A stretch of DNA of 64,000 nt from Eledone cirrhosa (GCA_964016885.1 OZ024756.1:14012001-14076000); one strand, 5' to 3'; shown: positions 39,701 to 53,693, numbered from the stretch's first letter. The notes: generated by a model not told the origin, from the sequence alone. Translations and numbers: made by a program.

Positions 39701-42700
39701 CTGTAGAAGAGGGAGAACTAAGCCATAGAAGGAATGGAGAATTACTGGTACCTGTAGAAGGGGGAGAACTAAGACATAGAAGGAATAAAGAATTGCTGGT
39801 ACCTGTAGAAGGGGGAGAACTAAGACATAGAAGGAATGGAGAATTACTGGTACCTGTAGAAGGGGGAGAACTAAGACATAGAAGGAATGGAGAATTACTG
39901 GTACCTGTAGAAGGGGGAGAACTAAGACATAGAAGGAATGGAGAATTACTGGTACCTGTAGAAGAGGGACAACTAAGACATAGAAGGAATGGAGAATTAC
40001 TGGTACCTGTAGAAGAGGGACAACTAAGACATAGAAGGAATGGAGAATTACTGGTACCTGTAGAAGGGGGAGAACTAAGACATAGAAGGAATGGAGAATT
40101 ACTGGTACCTGTAGAAGAGGGAGAACTAAGTCATAGAAGGAATGGAGAATTACTGGTACCTGTAGAAGAGGGAGAACTAAGACATAGAAGGAATGGAGAA
40201 TTACTGGTACTTGTAGAAGGGGGAGAACTTAGACATAGAAGGAATGGAGAATTACTGGTACCTGTAGAAGGGGGAGAACTTAGACATAGAAGGAATGGAG
40301 AATTACTGGTACCTGTAGAAGAGGGACAACTAAGACATAGAAGGAATGGAGAATTACTGGTACCTGTAGAAGGGGGACAACTAAGACATAGAAGGAATGG
40401 AGAATTACTGGTACCTGTAGAAGAGGGAGAACTAAGACATAGAAGGAATGGAGAATTACTGGTACCTGTAGAAGAGGGACAACTAAGACAGAAGGAATGG
40501 AGAATTACTGGTACCTGTAGAAGGGGGAGAACTTAGACATAGAAGGAATGGAGAATTACTGGTACCTGTAGAAGGGGGAGAACTTAGACATAGAAGGAAT
40601 GGAGAATTACTGGTACCTGTAGAAGAGGGAGAACTAAGACATAGAAGGAATGGAGAATTACTGGTACCTGTAGAAGAGGGACAACTAAGACATAGAAGGA
40701 ATGGAGAATTACTGGTACCTGTAGAAGAGGGAGAACTAAGACATAGAAGGAATGGAGAATTACTGGTACCTGTAGAAGGGGGAGAACTTAGACATAGAAG
40801 GAATGGAGAATTACTGGTACCTGTAGAAGAGGGAGAACTAAGACATAGAAGGAATGGAGAATTACTGGTACCTGTAGAAGAGGGAGAACTAAGACATAGA
40901 AGGAATGGAGAATTACTGGTACCTGTAGAAGGGGGAGAACTAAGACATAGAAGGAATGGAGAATTACTGGTACCTGTAGAAGAGGGACAACTAAGACAGA
41001 AGGAATGGAGAATTACTGGTACCTGTAGAAGAGGGACAACTAAGACAGAAGGAATGGAGAATTACTGGTACCTGTAGAAGGGGGACAACTAAGACATAGA
41101 AGGAATGGAGAATTACTGGTACCTGTAGAAGGGGGACAACTAAGACATAGAAGGAATGGAGAATTACTGGTACCTGTAGAAGAGGGACAACTAAAACATA
41201 GAGGGAATGGAGAATTACTGGTACCTGTAGAAGGGGGAGAAGTAAGTCATAGAAGGAATGGAGAATTACTGGTACCTGTAGAAGAGGGACAACTAAGACA
41301 TACAAGGAATGGAGAATTACTGGTACCTGTAGAAGAGGGACAACTAAGACATAGAAGGAATGGAGAATTACTGGTACCTGTAGAAGAGGGACAACTAAGA
41401 CATAGAAGGAATGGAGAATTACTGGTACCTGTAGAAGAGGGAGAACTAAGACATAGAAGGAATGGAGAATTACTGGTACCTGTAGAAGGGGGACAACTAA
41501 GACATAGAAGGAATGGAGAATTACTGGTACCTGTAGAAGAGGGAAAACTAAGACATAGAAGGAATGGAGAATTACTGGTACCCGTAGAAGGGGGAGAACT
41601 AAGACATAGAAGGAATGGAGAATTACTGGTACCTGTAGAAGAGGGACAACTAAGACATAGAAGGAATGGAGAATTACTGGTACCTGTAGAAGAGGGAGAA
41701 CTAAGACATAGAAGGAATAAAGAATTACTGGTACCTGTAGAAGAGGGACAACTAAGACATAGAAGGAATAAAGAATTACTGGTACCTGTAGAAGAGGGAC
41801 AACTAAGACATAGAAGGAATAAAGAATTACTGGTACCTGTAGAAGGGGGAGAACTAAGACATAGAAGGAATAAAGAATTACTGGTACCTGTAGAAGGGGG
41901 AGAACTAAGACATAGAAGGAATAAAGAATTACTGGTACCTGTAGAAGAGGGACAACTAAGACATAGAAGGAATAAAGAATTACTGGTACCTGTAGAAGGG
42001 GGAGAACTAAGACATAGAAGGAATAAAGAATTACTGGTACCTGTAGAAGGGGGAGAACTAAGACATAGAAGGAATAAAGAATTACTGGTACCTGTAGAAG
42101 GGGGAGAACTAAGACATAGAAGGAATAAAGAATTACTGGTACCTGTAGAAGAGGGACAACTAAGACATAGAAGGAATAAAGAATTACTGGTACCTGTAGA
42201 AGAGGGACAACTAAGACATAGAAGGAATAAAGAATTACTGGTACCTGTAGAAGGGGGAGAACTAAGACATAGAAGGAATAAAGAATTACTGGTACCTGTA
42301 GAAGGGGGAGAACTAAGACATAGAAGGAATAAAGAATTACTGGTACCTGTAGAAGGGGGACAACTAAGACATAGAAGGAATAAAGAATTACTGGTACCTG
42401 TAGAAGGGGGACAACTAAGACATAGAAGGAATGGAGAATTACTGGTACCTGTAGAAGAGGGAGAACTAAGACATAGAAGGAATGGAGAATTACTGGTACC
42501 TGTAAAAGAGGGACAACTGAGATGACATAGAAGGAATGGAGAATTACTGGTACCTGTAGAAGGGGGAGAACTAAGACATAGAAGGAATGGAGAATTACTG
42601 GTACCTGTAGAAGGGGGAGAACTAAGACATAGAAGGAATGGAGAATTACTGGTACCTGTAGAAGAGGGACAACTAAGACATAGAAGGAATGGAGAATTAC

Positions 42701-44867
42701 TGGTACCTGTAGAAGAGGGAGAACTAAGACATAGAAGGAATGGAGAATTACTGGTACCTGTAGAAGGGGGAGAACTAAGACATAGAAGGAATAAAGAATT
42801 GCTGGTACCTGTAGAAGGGGGAGAACTAAGACATAGAAGGAATGGAGAATTACTGGTACCTGTAGAAGGGGGAGAACTAAGACATAGAAGGAATGGAGAA
42901 TTACTGGTACCTGTAGAAGGGGGAGAACTAAGACATAGAAGGAATGGAGAATTACTGGTACCTGTAGAAGAGGGACAACTAAGACATAGAAGGAATGGAG
43001 AATTACTGGTACCTGTAGAAGAGGGACAACTAAGACATAGAAGGAATGGAGAATTACTGGTACCTGTAGAAGGGGGAGAACTAAGACATAGAAGGAATGG
43101 AGAATTACTGGTACCTGTAGAAGAGGGAGAACTAAGTCATAGAAGGAATGGAGAATTACTGGTACCTGTAGAAGAGGGAGAACTAAGACATAGAAGGAAT
43201 GGAGAATTACTGGTACTTGTAGAAGGGGGAGAACTTAGACATAGAAGGAATGGAGAATTACTGGTACCTGTAGAAGGGGGAGAACTTAGACATAGAAGGA
43301 ATGGAGAATTACTGGTACCTGTAGAAGAGGGACAACTAAGACATAGAAGGAATGGAGAATTACTGGTACCTGTAGAAGGGGGACAACTAAGACATAGAAG
43401 GAATGGAGAATTACTGGTACCTGTAGAAGAGGGAGAACTAAGACATAGAAGGAATGGAGAATTACTGGTACCTGTAGAAGAGGGACAACTAAGACAGAAG
43501 GAATGGAGAATTACTGGTACCTGTAGAAGGGGGAGAACTTAGACATAGAAGGAATGGAGAATTACTGGTACCTGTAGAAGGGGGAGAACTTAGACATAGA
43601 AGGAATGGAGAATTACTGGTACCTGTAGAAGAGGGAGAACTAAGACATAGAAGGAATGGAGAATTACTGGTACCTGTAGAAGAGGGACAACTAAGACATA
43701 GAAGGAATGGAGAATTACTGGTACCTGTAGAAGAGGGAGAACTAAGACATAGAAGGAATGGAGAATTACTTGTACCTGTAGAAGGGGGAGAACTTAGACA
43801 TAGAAGGAATGGAGAATTACTGGTACCTGTAGAAGAGGGAGAACTAAGACATAGAAGGAATGGAGAATTACTGGTACCTGTAGAAGAGGGAGAACTAAGA
43901 CATAGAAGGAATGGAGAATTACTGGTACCTGTAGAAGGGGGAGAACTAAGACATAGAAGGAATGGAGAATTACTGGTACCTGTAGAAGAGGGACAACTAA
44001 GACAGAAGGAATGGAGAATTACTGGTACCTGTAGAAGAGGGACAACTAAGACAGAAGGAATGGAGAATTACTGGTACCTGTAGAAGGGGGACAACTAAGA
44101 CATAGAAGGAATGGAGAATTACTGGTACCTGTAGAAGGGGGACAACTAAGACATAGAAGGAATGGAGAATTACTGGTACCTGTAGAAGAGGGACAACTAA
44201 AACATAGAAGGAATGGAGAATTACTGGTACCTGTAGAAGGGGGAGAAGTAAGTCATAGAAGGAATGGAGAATTACTGGTACCTGTAGAAGAGGGACAACT
44301 AAGACATACAAGGAATGGAGAATTACTGGTACCTGTAGAAGAGGGACAACTAAGACATAGAAGGAATGGAGAATTACTGGTACCTGTAGAAGAGGGACAA
44401 CTAAGACATAGAAGGAATGGAGAATTACTGGTACCTGTAGAAGAGGGACAACTAAGACATAGAAGGAATGGAGAATTACTGGTACCTGTAAAAGAGGGAG
44501 AACTAAGACATAGAAGGAATGGAGAATTACTGGTACCTGTAGAAGGGGGACAACTAAGACATAGAAGGAATGGAGAATTACTGGTACCTGTAGAAGAGGG
44601 ACAACTAAGACATAGAAGGAATGGAGAATTACTGGTACCCGTAGAAGGGGGAGAACTAAGACATAGAAGGAATGGAGAATTACTGGTACCTGTAGAAGAG
44701 GGACAACTAAGACATAGAAGGAATGGAGAATTACTGGTACCTGTAGAAGAGGGAGAACTAAGACATAGAAGGAATGGAGAATTACTGGTACCTGTAGAAG
44801 AGGGAGAACTAAGACATAGAAGGAATGGAGAATTACTGGTACCTGTAGAAGAGGGACAACTAAGACA
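36718..44867. repeat. 51-bp satellite (~160 copies) with ~3-kb higher-order duplication
   Basis: unit acatagaaggaatggagaattactggtacctgtagaagagggagaactaag. Confidence 0.97.
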
Positions 44868-45348
44868 TCTAAACTATAATAAAGAAAGGAGTGCGATTGC
44901 GTACGGTTTATAATTTTTTATCCCATTAGTAAAATAAGTTGGATTACTTTGAATAAATAATGAATGAATATTACATAATTTATCTACTAAATTTCGTGGC
45001 TTTTGATTAAATATATTTTATTGTTTATTTAAAGATTCACTTCTTTAAAATTTTCAAATGTCAACATTTCCGGTTAGCGATCGCTTAAATAAATATTCAT
45101 ATATTTCTGTCACTAATTTTCTCCTAATGCAGTTTATATATACTATCGTTTTTTTTTTATGTATCATGGATTACGTTACTGATTACATAAGACAGTGTAA
45201 CGCAGTCTTCGTTCAATTTCTGTGTATATTGTCAATTACGATTTTATTTGATGTATCATATCTACATGTATATATATTTGTGTATAATATCAATATACAC
45301 ACCACACATGCTAGCAGAAAACCATCCGAAGGGTGGTTTTTCTGCTAG
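44868..45348 (+). mobile_element. non-autonomous Helitron
   Basis: 5' TC, 3' CTAG preceded by a hairpin; inserted between A and T of the satellite unit aagacA|Tagaagg with no TSD. Confidence 0.9.
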
Positions 45349-46084
45349 TAGAAGGAATGAAGAATTACTGGTACCTGGAGAAGAGAACTAAGAAGACCTG
45401 GTAGGAAGTTGTGAAGAATTTCCTAAAAAAACCTGCCCTCATGAAAGAGATGATGCAGGACTGAGGTGACTGGCAATACCATAATACAAAATACCTACTC
45501 TCTTGTACAAACACTGTGACACTAAAAGTATATGTAGTGAGTGACTGGAGGCTAGAGTGCTGGCGATTGAATGAAGAAAATATAGTGTTTGGAGGATCCA
45601 TCAGAACATGTAACCACCTCTCTAAGGCTGGTACCATGATAAAATGCACTCAATACACCCTGTAAAGTGGTAATGGTTCCATGATAAAATGCACTCAATT
45701 ACACCATGTAAAGTGGTAGTGGTAATGCCATAAAAAAACGCTCTCAATACACCCTGAAAGGTAGTTGGCATTGAAAAGGCATCCAGTCGTAGAAACCATG
45801 CCAAATATGGATCTATAAGTAACATGGGTCAGTCAGACCTCTGCCTCCCCCCACCCCCAAGAAACTGCTGGTCATTTGCCAGTATTAGAAACAGTTATTA
45901 ACCAAACATCATCGTCATTTAACATCCATTTTCCACGATTGCATAGGTTAATATCTAATTATAAATAATTATGTCTTGAAGGAAAATAAAACAATTAATT
46001 AAAGACAAATATGTTAATTAATGCAGATGCAATTAATAATTATGTTAACAACAATGGTGGTGGATCGGCAGAACTAGTAAAGCA

Positions 46085-46345
46085 TTGGTACAGTCTGCAA
46101 CTAACCCAGGCTCTGCTGCACTTCAGGCCGAGGAGAGTAAACTCTCCAAATATCAGTCGCTCTCTGGCAGGTTTGCATTCAAGTCCATCATAGTGAAGAC
46201 TTCTGATGTCCTTGGCTCTTGGGCCATCTAGAGTTGGCTATCCGCTGGTGTGAGCCTCAACAGCTGGAATGTTTCTTCAAGCATGTCTCCCTCACCATCC
46301 CTTGGGGGAAATGCTTTCTGTATTCTGTCTGCCGGGGCCACGGGG
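46085..46345 (+). mobile_element. probable CRE-type restriction-like endonuclease C-terminal remnant
   Basis: AEESKLSKYQSLSGRFAFKSIIVKTSDVLG ... FFKHVSLTIPWG resembles AExxKxxKY..F.P.avET.G...QRlS.aiqrGN. Confidence 0.55.
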
Positions 46346-46458
46346 CAGCCAGCGCGTAGGGCCCCCATTTGCTCGCTATAGTGAGAGATGGAGGCAGTGA
46401 TAGTGGGAGTGTGGTTCTTTTGTGTTCAGACCTGATGTATATATGTGTACATAATGGA

Positions 46459-46787
46459 GTCACATGGCTTAGTGGTTAGAGCATTGGGCTTGCAATCAAA
46501 AGGTTGTGAGTTCAATACTCGGACCGAGTGATGTGTTGTTTCCTTGAGCAAGACACTTTATTTCACATTGCTCCAGTTTACTCAGCTGTAGAAATGAGAT
46601 GATAGGACTTGGGTCCCTATCATTCCACTGTAAAATGGATGTGTAGGCGCCACGGAAGAAAGGCACCCAGCACTCACTGTAAATGAGGTTGGTGTTAGCA
46701 AGGGCATCCAGCTGTAGAAATCAAGCCAGAATCAGTTCCCATCCCACCCTTGCAAGCAGGGAAAAGCAGACGTAAAATGATGATGAT
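46459..46787 (+). mobile_element. SINE family A copy
   Basis: full head, core and tail as in 8938-9266. Confidence 0.88.
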
Positions 46788-47498
46788 AAGAGTGTGTAGC
46801 ACCTTGACTTACTCCCTTTGTTGATGTTAGATTTCCGCAATTTTTAGTCTATAGGGGGACACATATCCACACACACACTGCTTTGATAAAATGATTCACC
46901 AATTCAAATACCGTTATGGTATATATATTCTGAGTTCAAATCCAGCAACAACCATCTTTCTCTGTCATCCTTCCGGGGTTGATAAAATAAAATACCAGTT
47001 AAATAAAGTCTGTCTTCAGCCAGTGCTTATCCCACTACAAGTTTCTCCCCTGAATAGGGCGCCAGTCCATCGCATGGTACCTTTGCTGGTACTCATTTTT
47101 AGCCAAGTATACTGGAACAACGTGAAGGAAGTGTTTTGCTCTAGAACACAACATGCAACTCAGCCCAGGAATCGAACTAACGACATTATGATGGTAAGTG
47201 CAACATCCTTACCACTAGGCTACGCGCCTCCACACCCGTCAAATACTGGGGTTAATTAAATTAACTTTGTCTTTACTTCAGACTTGCTAGCTTTATGTCT
47301 TAAATTATCATAGGAATCAGTAAATTGAGCACGAGGGACAATTGAATTGTCTCCCCTTTATCGTGTGACTATCGCAAGAACCATTATGATATCAGGGAAC
47401 TGACGTTCACCAAACACCGCTTCACACACATATGCTTCAGGCTGTTTTCTACCTTCGTACGCTGGAGTACAATACTCCAGAGGTTGTATAAAGTAAAG

Positions 47499-47582
47499 AT
47501 GAGTACTGCGGTGGTTTTAGGCGGAGGCATTAGTGGTTTGTCCGCTGCCTATTATTTACGAAAAATACCTAAATTTTCCAAA
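47499..47582 (+). CDS. PPOX: PPOX coding exon 1 (MSTAVVLGGGISGLSAAYYLRKIPKFSK)
   Basis: ATG at 47499, GGGISG dinucleotide-binding motif, donor gtaagt. Confidence 0.93.
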
Positions 47583-48190
47583 GTAAGTGTTACTGTTCCT
47601 ATATTTGTTTTAACATTCCTGCTGGTGTAATATCGATACATATAGCCTTTTGGATACACCCTGAACCATATTTGTCATAGTTCTATATGTGTGTACATAT
47701 AGTATGTGTCTGTCGTGGGTTGTTTAGTGGCTAAAGTTTAGCCCCAAGTCATTCATAGTCGACTAGAATTCATTATCAACAAAGACGTGGTTAATTCAGA
47801 GGAAAGTCGGATTGTATTGAAGCCGGGACCTGGTACATCTAGAGAGGGATGGTCTCGCCAGGTTTAAAATGCCCAAGAAACGCCATATGTCAATACGGCG
47901 ACCCTATGACTATCGAGTTAGGGGACTATACTATACCTCTTGGGACATAGATAAACTAAGCTTCTAACACACCAAACTGTGAACAAATATAAACGTATTG
48001 AATATTGTATAACCTGGTTCTGGACCCGCTTGAAGGAGTGCTTGAGGACTGCCCCCACGGCCCTCTCAGGAATAAGTGGGCGAAGAAGGTTAACATGGCG
48101 GAGTCTGTGTGTATGTACAAAAAATGATAAGGGTAACTATGAAAAAAGAAACGTGCGTGTATATATCGAGGAACGACACCTTAGTTTAGA

Positions 48191-48587
48191 ATAATTGTTT
48201 CTACTTTTGGCACAAGGCCAGCAATTACCCAGTGCAATTACTGGTACTTTATTTTATCGACCCCGTAAGGATGAAAGGCAAAGTTAACCTCGGCGGGATT
48301 TGAACTCAGAATGGCAAGGGCCGTAACTCTATACCTCAAAGCAGGGCGTCCGACCCTCTACCAATACTGACAATTCACCGCCCTTAGTTTAGAATAATTG
48401 TTTATATTTTGGGCACAAGGCCAGCAATTATATCAGTACATTACTGGTACTTTATTTTATCGACCCTGTAAGGATGAAAGGCAAAGTTAACCGCAGCGGG
48501 ATTTGAACTCAGATCATAAAGGGCCGTTACTCTATGCCGCAACACATGGTGTCCGCCGCTCTACCGATTTTGCCAATCCACGGCCCT
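48191..48587 (-). mobile_element. two tandem SINE family B copies
   Basis: first copy flanked by direct repeat ccttagtttagaataat (TSD); second copy inserted at the duplicated site. Confidence 0.88.
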
Positions 48588-49556
48588 TATATTTTGTCCT
48601 GGCGTCCGATGAGAGGCCAGCATTGAAACGGCTCCTCCACTATACAGTGGTAACCACAATTGGATCCCGAAACCGAAGTGTCTAGCATACATGTTAAGTG
48701 TAAATTTATAAGACTCGATTACAGCGGGGAAAAGTTTTATCCTTGGTTTTTTCGTGTGCCATCAACTAATCTAACCTCCAAGATTCTGGCTATCGACTTT
48801 TATCCACACCTCGGAGTTTTCTCTACGGATTTTTTTTTTCGTGTTATCAACGAACATGACCACCAAAGCAGTTAGAATTGTACATAAATGGAGAGGGGGT
48901 GAAAGGGGGACGAAAAGACCATCGGAGTTTCGCGGATCTACACACCTCGCGTTTGGTGGGTATTTTTCCTTTTTTTTTTTTTTCTGGCTTGCATTTTGAT
49001 AAAGAGAGCAATAATAAAAGCAGCAATTTATTAAAGTAGATGAATATTGAATATTTAAACAAATCTTTTAAAATTAAAGTCCCATATTCAATTTGTCTAT
49101 TATATAAGTTAAATAAGTTAATTATTTCTTTGCGGACCGGTAGCAAATGATCTGTGACTCGATGGTTGGGGACCTCTGATGTAGATGGCTTTTCTAAAGA
49201 TGTGTTTGATATCTCTAGGAATGAAAACAAACACTTGTTAACAGGAGCTCTCCTCCACTTATTGAACTTGTCGCACTATAATATAAGTTGTTATTTGAAT
49301 TAATTTAGCAGCCTTCTTTTAAAGCCATTATACTCATCACCACCACACCTAATACTACTATTTCTGACAACACCACCGTCCCTACCATCAGCACCACCAC
49401 CATCCCCACCACCACTATCCCTACCATCAGCACCACCACCATTAGTTTCTGTCTAAGATGTCCTCCATCTAGTAGGAATATTTCTACCTTCCTTCCAACT
49501 CTTAACACTTTTCTATATCGAATCTTCTCCTCATTCACACACACACACACACACAC

Positions 49557-49590
<34 letters not shown>

Positions 49591-49739
49591 GTTTCTACTT
49601 TTAGCACAAGGCCAGCAATTCACCAGTGTATTACTGGTACTTTATTTTATCGATCCCGTAAGGATGAAAGGCAAAGTTAACCTCGGCGGGATTTGAACTC
49701 AGATTGGAAAGGGCCGTAACTCTATGTGTCAAACCAAAT

Positions 49740-50112
49740 AATGATATTAAATAAATGGAAACTATATTTATAAAACCATATTTATTCTATTATATATATT
49801 TCAAGGGTACCAAAACTTTTGGTACGCTATCATCAGATAAAATACAAAATGTTTTATAAATATACCTTAACGGTTCAAGTTATCCCTTGGTCATGTCAAA
49901 TATTTATAAAACATTTTGTATTTTATCTGATAATAGCGTACCAAAATTTTTGGTATCCTTGAAATATATATAATAGAATAAATATTGTTTTATAAATATA
50001 GTTTCCATTTATTTAATATCATTGAATACTTACTCCAGAAAACTGTCGAGTGCTCTGAATCAGTTATAAACATCTATATTTTTTGGATTTCCAACAAATT
50101 AAATATCTCTTC
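49740..50112. mobile_element. second copy of the fold-back hammerhead element (more degenerate)
   Basis: arms nearly identical to 31081-31403; one core CTGATGA (minus strand, 49830-49836), the other mutated to CTGATAA. Confidence 0.75.
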
Positions 50113-50286
50113 ATAACACACACATATATATATATATATACACTCACACACACACATATATATATATATATACATTCACATACACTCATTCACCTAAATA
50201 GATTTTCTCGCATTCTTCATCATAGTTTGATTTTCCTTGCTTGCTTGGGTTAGACAGTGGCTTGTCCATACGTTCCATTTCTAATT

Positions 50287-50890
50287 TGGTTTCTACAGCT
50301 AGATGTCTTTCCTAACACCAACCACTTTACAGAGTGTACTGGGAGCATGGTTTCTATGGCTGGATGTCTTTCTAAACACAAACCACTTTACAGAGTGTAT
50401 TGGGAGTATGGTTTCTATGGCTGGATGTCTTTCTTAACACCAACCACTTTACAGAGTGTATTGGGAGCATGGTTTCTATGGCTGGATGTCTTTCTTAACA
50501 CTAACCACTTTACAGAGTGTACTGGGAGCATGGTTTCTACAACTAGATGTCCTTCCAAACACCAACGTCTTTACAGAGTGTACTGGGAGCAAGGTTTCTA
50601 TGGCTAGATGTCTTTCCTAACACCAACCACTTTACAGAGTGTACTGGGAGCATGGTTTCTATGGCTGGATAACCTTCCTAACACCAACCACTTTACAGAA
50701 TGTACTGGGAGCATGGTTTCTATGGCTGGATGACCTTCCTAACACCAACCACTTTACAGAATGTACTGGGAGCATGGTTTCTATGGCTGAATGTCCTTCC
50801 TAACACCAACTACTTTACAGAGTGTACTGGGAGCATGGTTTCTATGGCTGAATGTCCTAATGCCAACCAGATTTCAGTGTGTACTGGGAA
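50287..50890. repeat. 61-bp minisatellite from SINE/RTE tail sequence
   Basis: tggtttctatggctggatgtctttcctaacaccaaccactttacagagtgtactgggagca, about 10 copies. Confidence 0.88.
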
Positions 50891-51425
50891 CATTTAATCA
50901 TGACACCAGGACTGTCACCTTTCAATGTGGACTGGGTGCTTTTTTCATGACACCAATGCAACCAACCACTTTACAGAGTGATCTGGGTGCATATTTATCA
51001 GGACATCATCACTGAGGCAGCATTGATAGGGTGTCCTGCCACTGGGGAAGAGGAAGTATTGGGCCATAAGGGTGGTTTTAATGAGGGCAGTGTTTAGTGG
51101 TGTATTGTGAGGCTTTCTGTATTCACAGGTGTTGGACAAGTAAGTGAATCAGGTATGTGGGTGGGAGTTGGAGGTACATCTTTCTTTGATGGTGACATTG
51201 GTTGTGTTGGGGACATGAATTGGGAATTTGGGACGGTAGGAGGGGAAACAATCTGGTGAGAGGGGGCACTTCTGTTATGGATAGTCTGGAGAACTAACTA
51301 ATGTGACAACCTGTCTACTCCGTTCAAGATGTTAAATGTTGGTGGTGGTGGTGGTGATGATGATGATTGTTATATTGGTGGGCAGGTGGTGATGATGATG
51401 ATGATAAAGATTATTTACTATGCAG

Positions 51426-51560
51426 GTGCTGCTTTTGGAAGGGAGCCACCATCTTGGTGGTTGGTTAGACACCACACGTCATTCTGACGGAGCTGTATAT
51501 GACCACGGTCCTCAGAGTATTCGAGCCACAGGGAAAACTGCTCACAACACACTTTCACTG
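51426..51560 (+). CDS. PPOX: PPOX exon 2 (VLLLEGSHHLGGWLDTTRHSDGAVYDHGPQSIRATGKTAHNTLSL)
   Basis: atgcag / gtcagt. Confidence 0.94.
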
Positions 51561-51613
51561 GTCAGTATTTTCTCACATTTTTTTTTACCATATGATATAT
51601 ATATATATGTATA

Positions 51614-51714
51614 CAGGGTGCCACAAAAAAATGTATACACAAAGGCTATGCATTCTAATAAATATTGCCTCTATAGGTGTAATCAAAGTGTGTATACATT
51701 TTTTGGACACCCTG
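51614..51714. mobile_element. Tc1/mariner-type MITE
   Basis: TA-CAGGGTG...aaaaaatgtatacac / gtgtatacatttttt...CACCCTG-TA. Confidence 0.85.
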
Positions 51715-51899
51715 TATATATACATAATAAATAACTAAGTTTCAAAAAGCCAATACTATGCAATCAAAATATATAAAGGGTGACAAATAAAACAAAACAA
51801 AGTAATGTTGTACCCCCTATATTTCAGCCAAAAATGGCTACTATAACATCTTTATGCAATGCATATTTCAAAAACATAGACCAGTTACCTGTACAAGCA

Positions 51900-52305
51900 G
51901 GTACGTAGAATCACAGAGACAGTAAAGGCGTCCAAAGTTAAGACATGGGAGGATTTGGGGTTTAAACTGGAATTTGACTTCAGATCAGCAAATAAAGTGT
52001 TGTGGCAGACCATCTGCCGACTTCATAATAAGAAGCCCTCTTCCACACCATTGTCCAGAATGTGTCTGGGGTTCTCCTCTCTTCAGAGAGGTGCATTTTT
52101 GCGAGGTGGAGAGAATACTTTCCTGATCTCGTAAACCTGATCACAGCAGCATCTTCTGATGTACATGAGATGTATCTGGGAGCGGGTCTAATCTCTCAGA
52201 GACTGAGGTCACAAGAGCTCAAATGTGGTAAGGCTACTGTGGAAGATAAAATCCAGTTTGAGATATTGAAAGCCTTAAATAGAGATTTTGGTTTTGCTTG
52301 ATTAA
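51900..52305 (+). mobile_element. degenerate RTE (Expander/Rex3-like) LINE fragment
   Basis: KTWEDLG..DFRSANKVLWQTI; RWREYF.DLVN linker region. Confidence 0.6.
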
Positions 52306-52531
52306 CAAGTCTGGTGAGCAGATTAGGTTGGAGTCTGGTTTACATAGATCCTGGGCCACCCATCAGTGAAATGGTCATAACTATGTATAATCAATAAAGA
52401 GCTTAATGTGAAACCTTGCTTTGTTTTTAATATATACACTCTACCTTAGCATATAGTGCTGATTTTGGTACCTGCCTCAGTAAACCAGGAATCTACTGAA
52501 CCACTTATATATATATTTATATTTATTACAG

Positions 52532-52640
52532 GTACACGACCTTGGTTTAGAGAGTGACATCATTCCAGTGAATGCTTCCCATCCAGGAGCTACAAACCGC
52601 TTCATTTACTACAACAACAAAATAAATGCCCTCCCAAACA
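52532..52640 (+). CDS. PPOX: PPOX exon 3 (VHDLGLESDIIPVNASHPGATNRFIYYNNKINALPN)
   Basis: ttacag / gtaagt. Confidence 0.93.
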
Positions 52641-53660
52641 GTAAGTTGCTATATCTCGCTTCAGTGACCCCCACCATGGGCCAGATAGAGGTTCTGCCTG
52701 TTCTAGATGTTCAGAGTTAGAGCATCAGACAACATGAATTGTGGCATATAGTTACGGCCCTTTACGTTCTGAGTTCAAACCCCACCGAGGTTAGCTTTGC
52801 CTTTCATCCTTATGGGATCAATAAAATAAAGTACCAGTAATGTACTGTGCGTGACAGCTCACACCTATGCAGGTTTAGCTGGCCTCCTCCAAGGTATATC
52901 TCGTTGGAGGAGTCTTGGGTGATTTAATGATAGGGACCCCAGTCCCTATCATCTCATTCCTACAGCTGAATAAACTGGAGCAACGTGAAATAAAGTGTCT
53001 TGCTCAAGGAAACAACACATCACCTGGTCTGAGAATTGAACTCACAACTTTTCGATTGCAAGCCCAATGCTCTAACCACTAAGCCATGCACCTTCACTAG
53101 TAATGTACTGGGGTTGATTTAATCAACTTTCCCCTCTTCAAATTGCTGGCCTTGTGCCTGGTTTGGCAGAATCCGTAGAGCGTCAAGATACCATGCTTTG
53201 CAGCATAGAGTTGTGGTCCTTTACGTTCTGAGTTCAAATCCCACCAAGGTTAACTTTGCCTTTCATCCTTACTGGGTCGATAAAATAAAGTACCAGTAAT
53301 TTACTGGGGTAATTGCTGGCCTTGTGCCAAAAGTAGAAACAATTATTATTCCCCAGTGAATTGGAAGGAAGTGGTAAGTTTTAATCAGATCTGTATTTTA
53401 GGGGCTATTATAAGTAAGAAATATATTTACTAACCTCTAGGGCAGAGGTTCCTAATCTAGCATAAGGTTTACTTACTTGGGGAGTAAATTTGTTGATCAT
53501 TAAGTTACATCGTTACTGGTTTCAGTCATCTGACTGTGGCCATGCTGGGGCACTGCCTTCATAGGATTTAGTCAATCATATCAACCTTAGTACTCCTTTT
53601 TTTTTTTTTTTCAAGCTCCTAATTTACAAGACAGAACCAGTAATTATTGACAGAGACAGA

Positions 53661-53693
<33 letters not shown>

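Noticed and set aside
36718-44867. Long stop-free frame encoding (LLVPVEEGELRHRRNGE)n; possible repeat protein or CRISPR-like array
   Set aside because: No ATG or splice context, scattered frameshifting units and no unique spacers; explained as a satellite derived from an RTE ORF in another frame.
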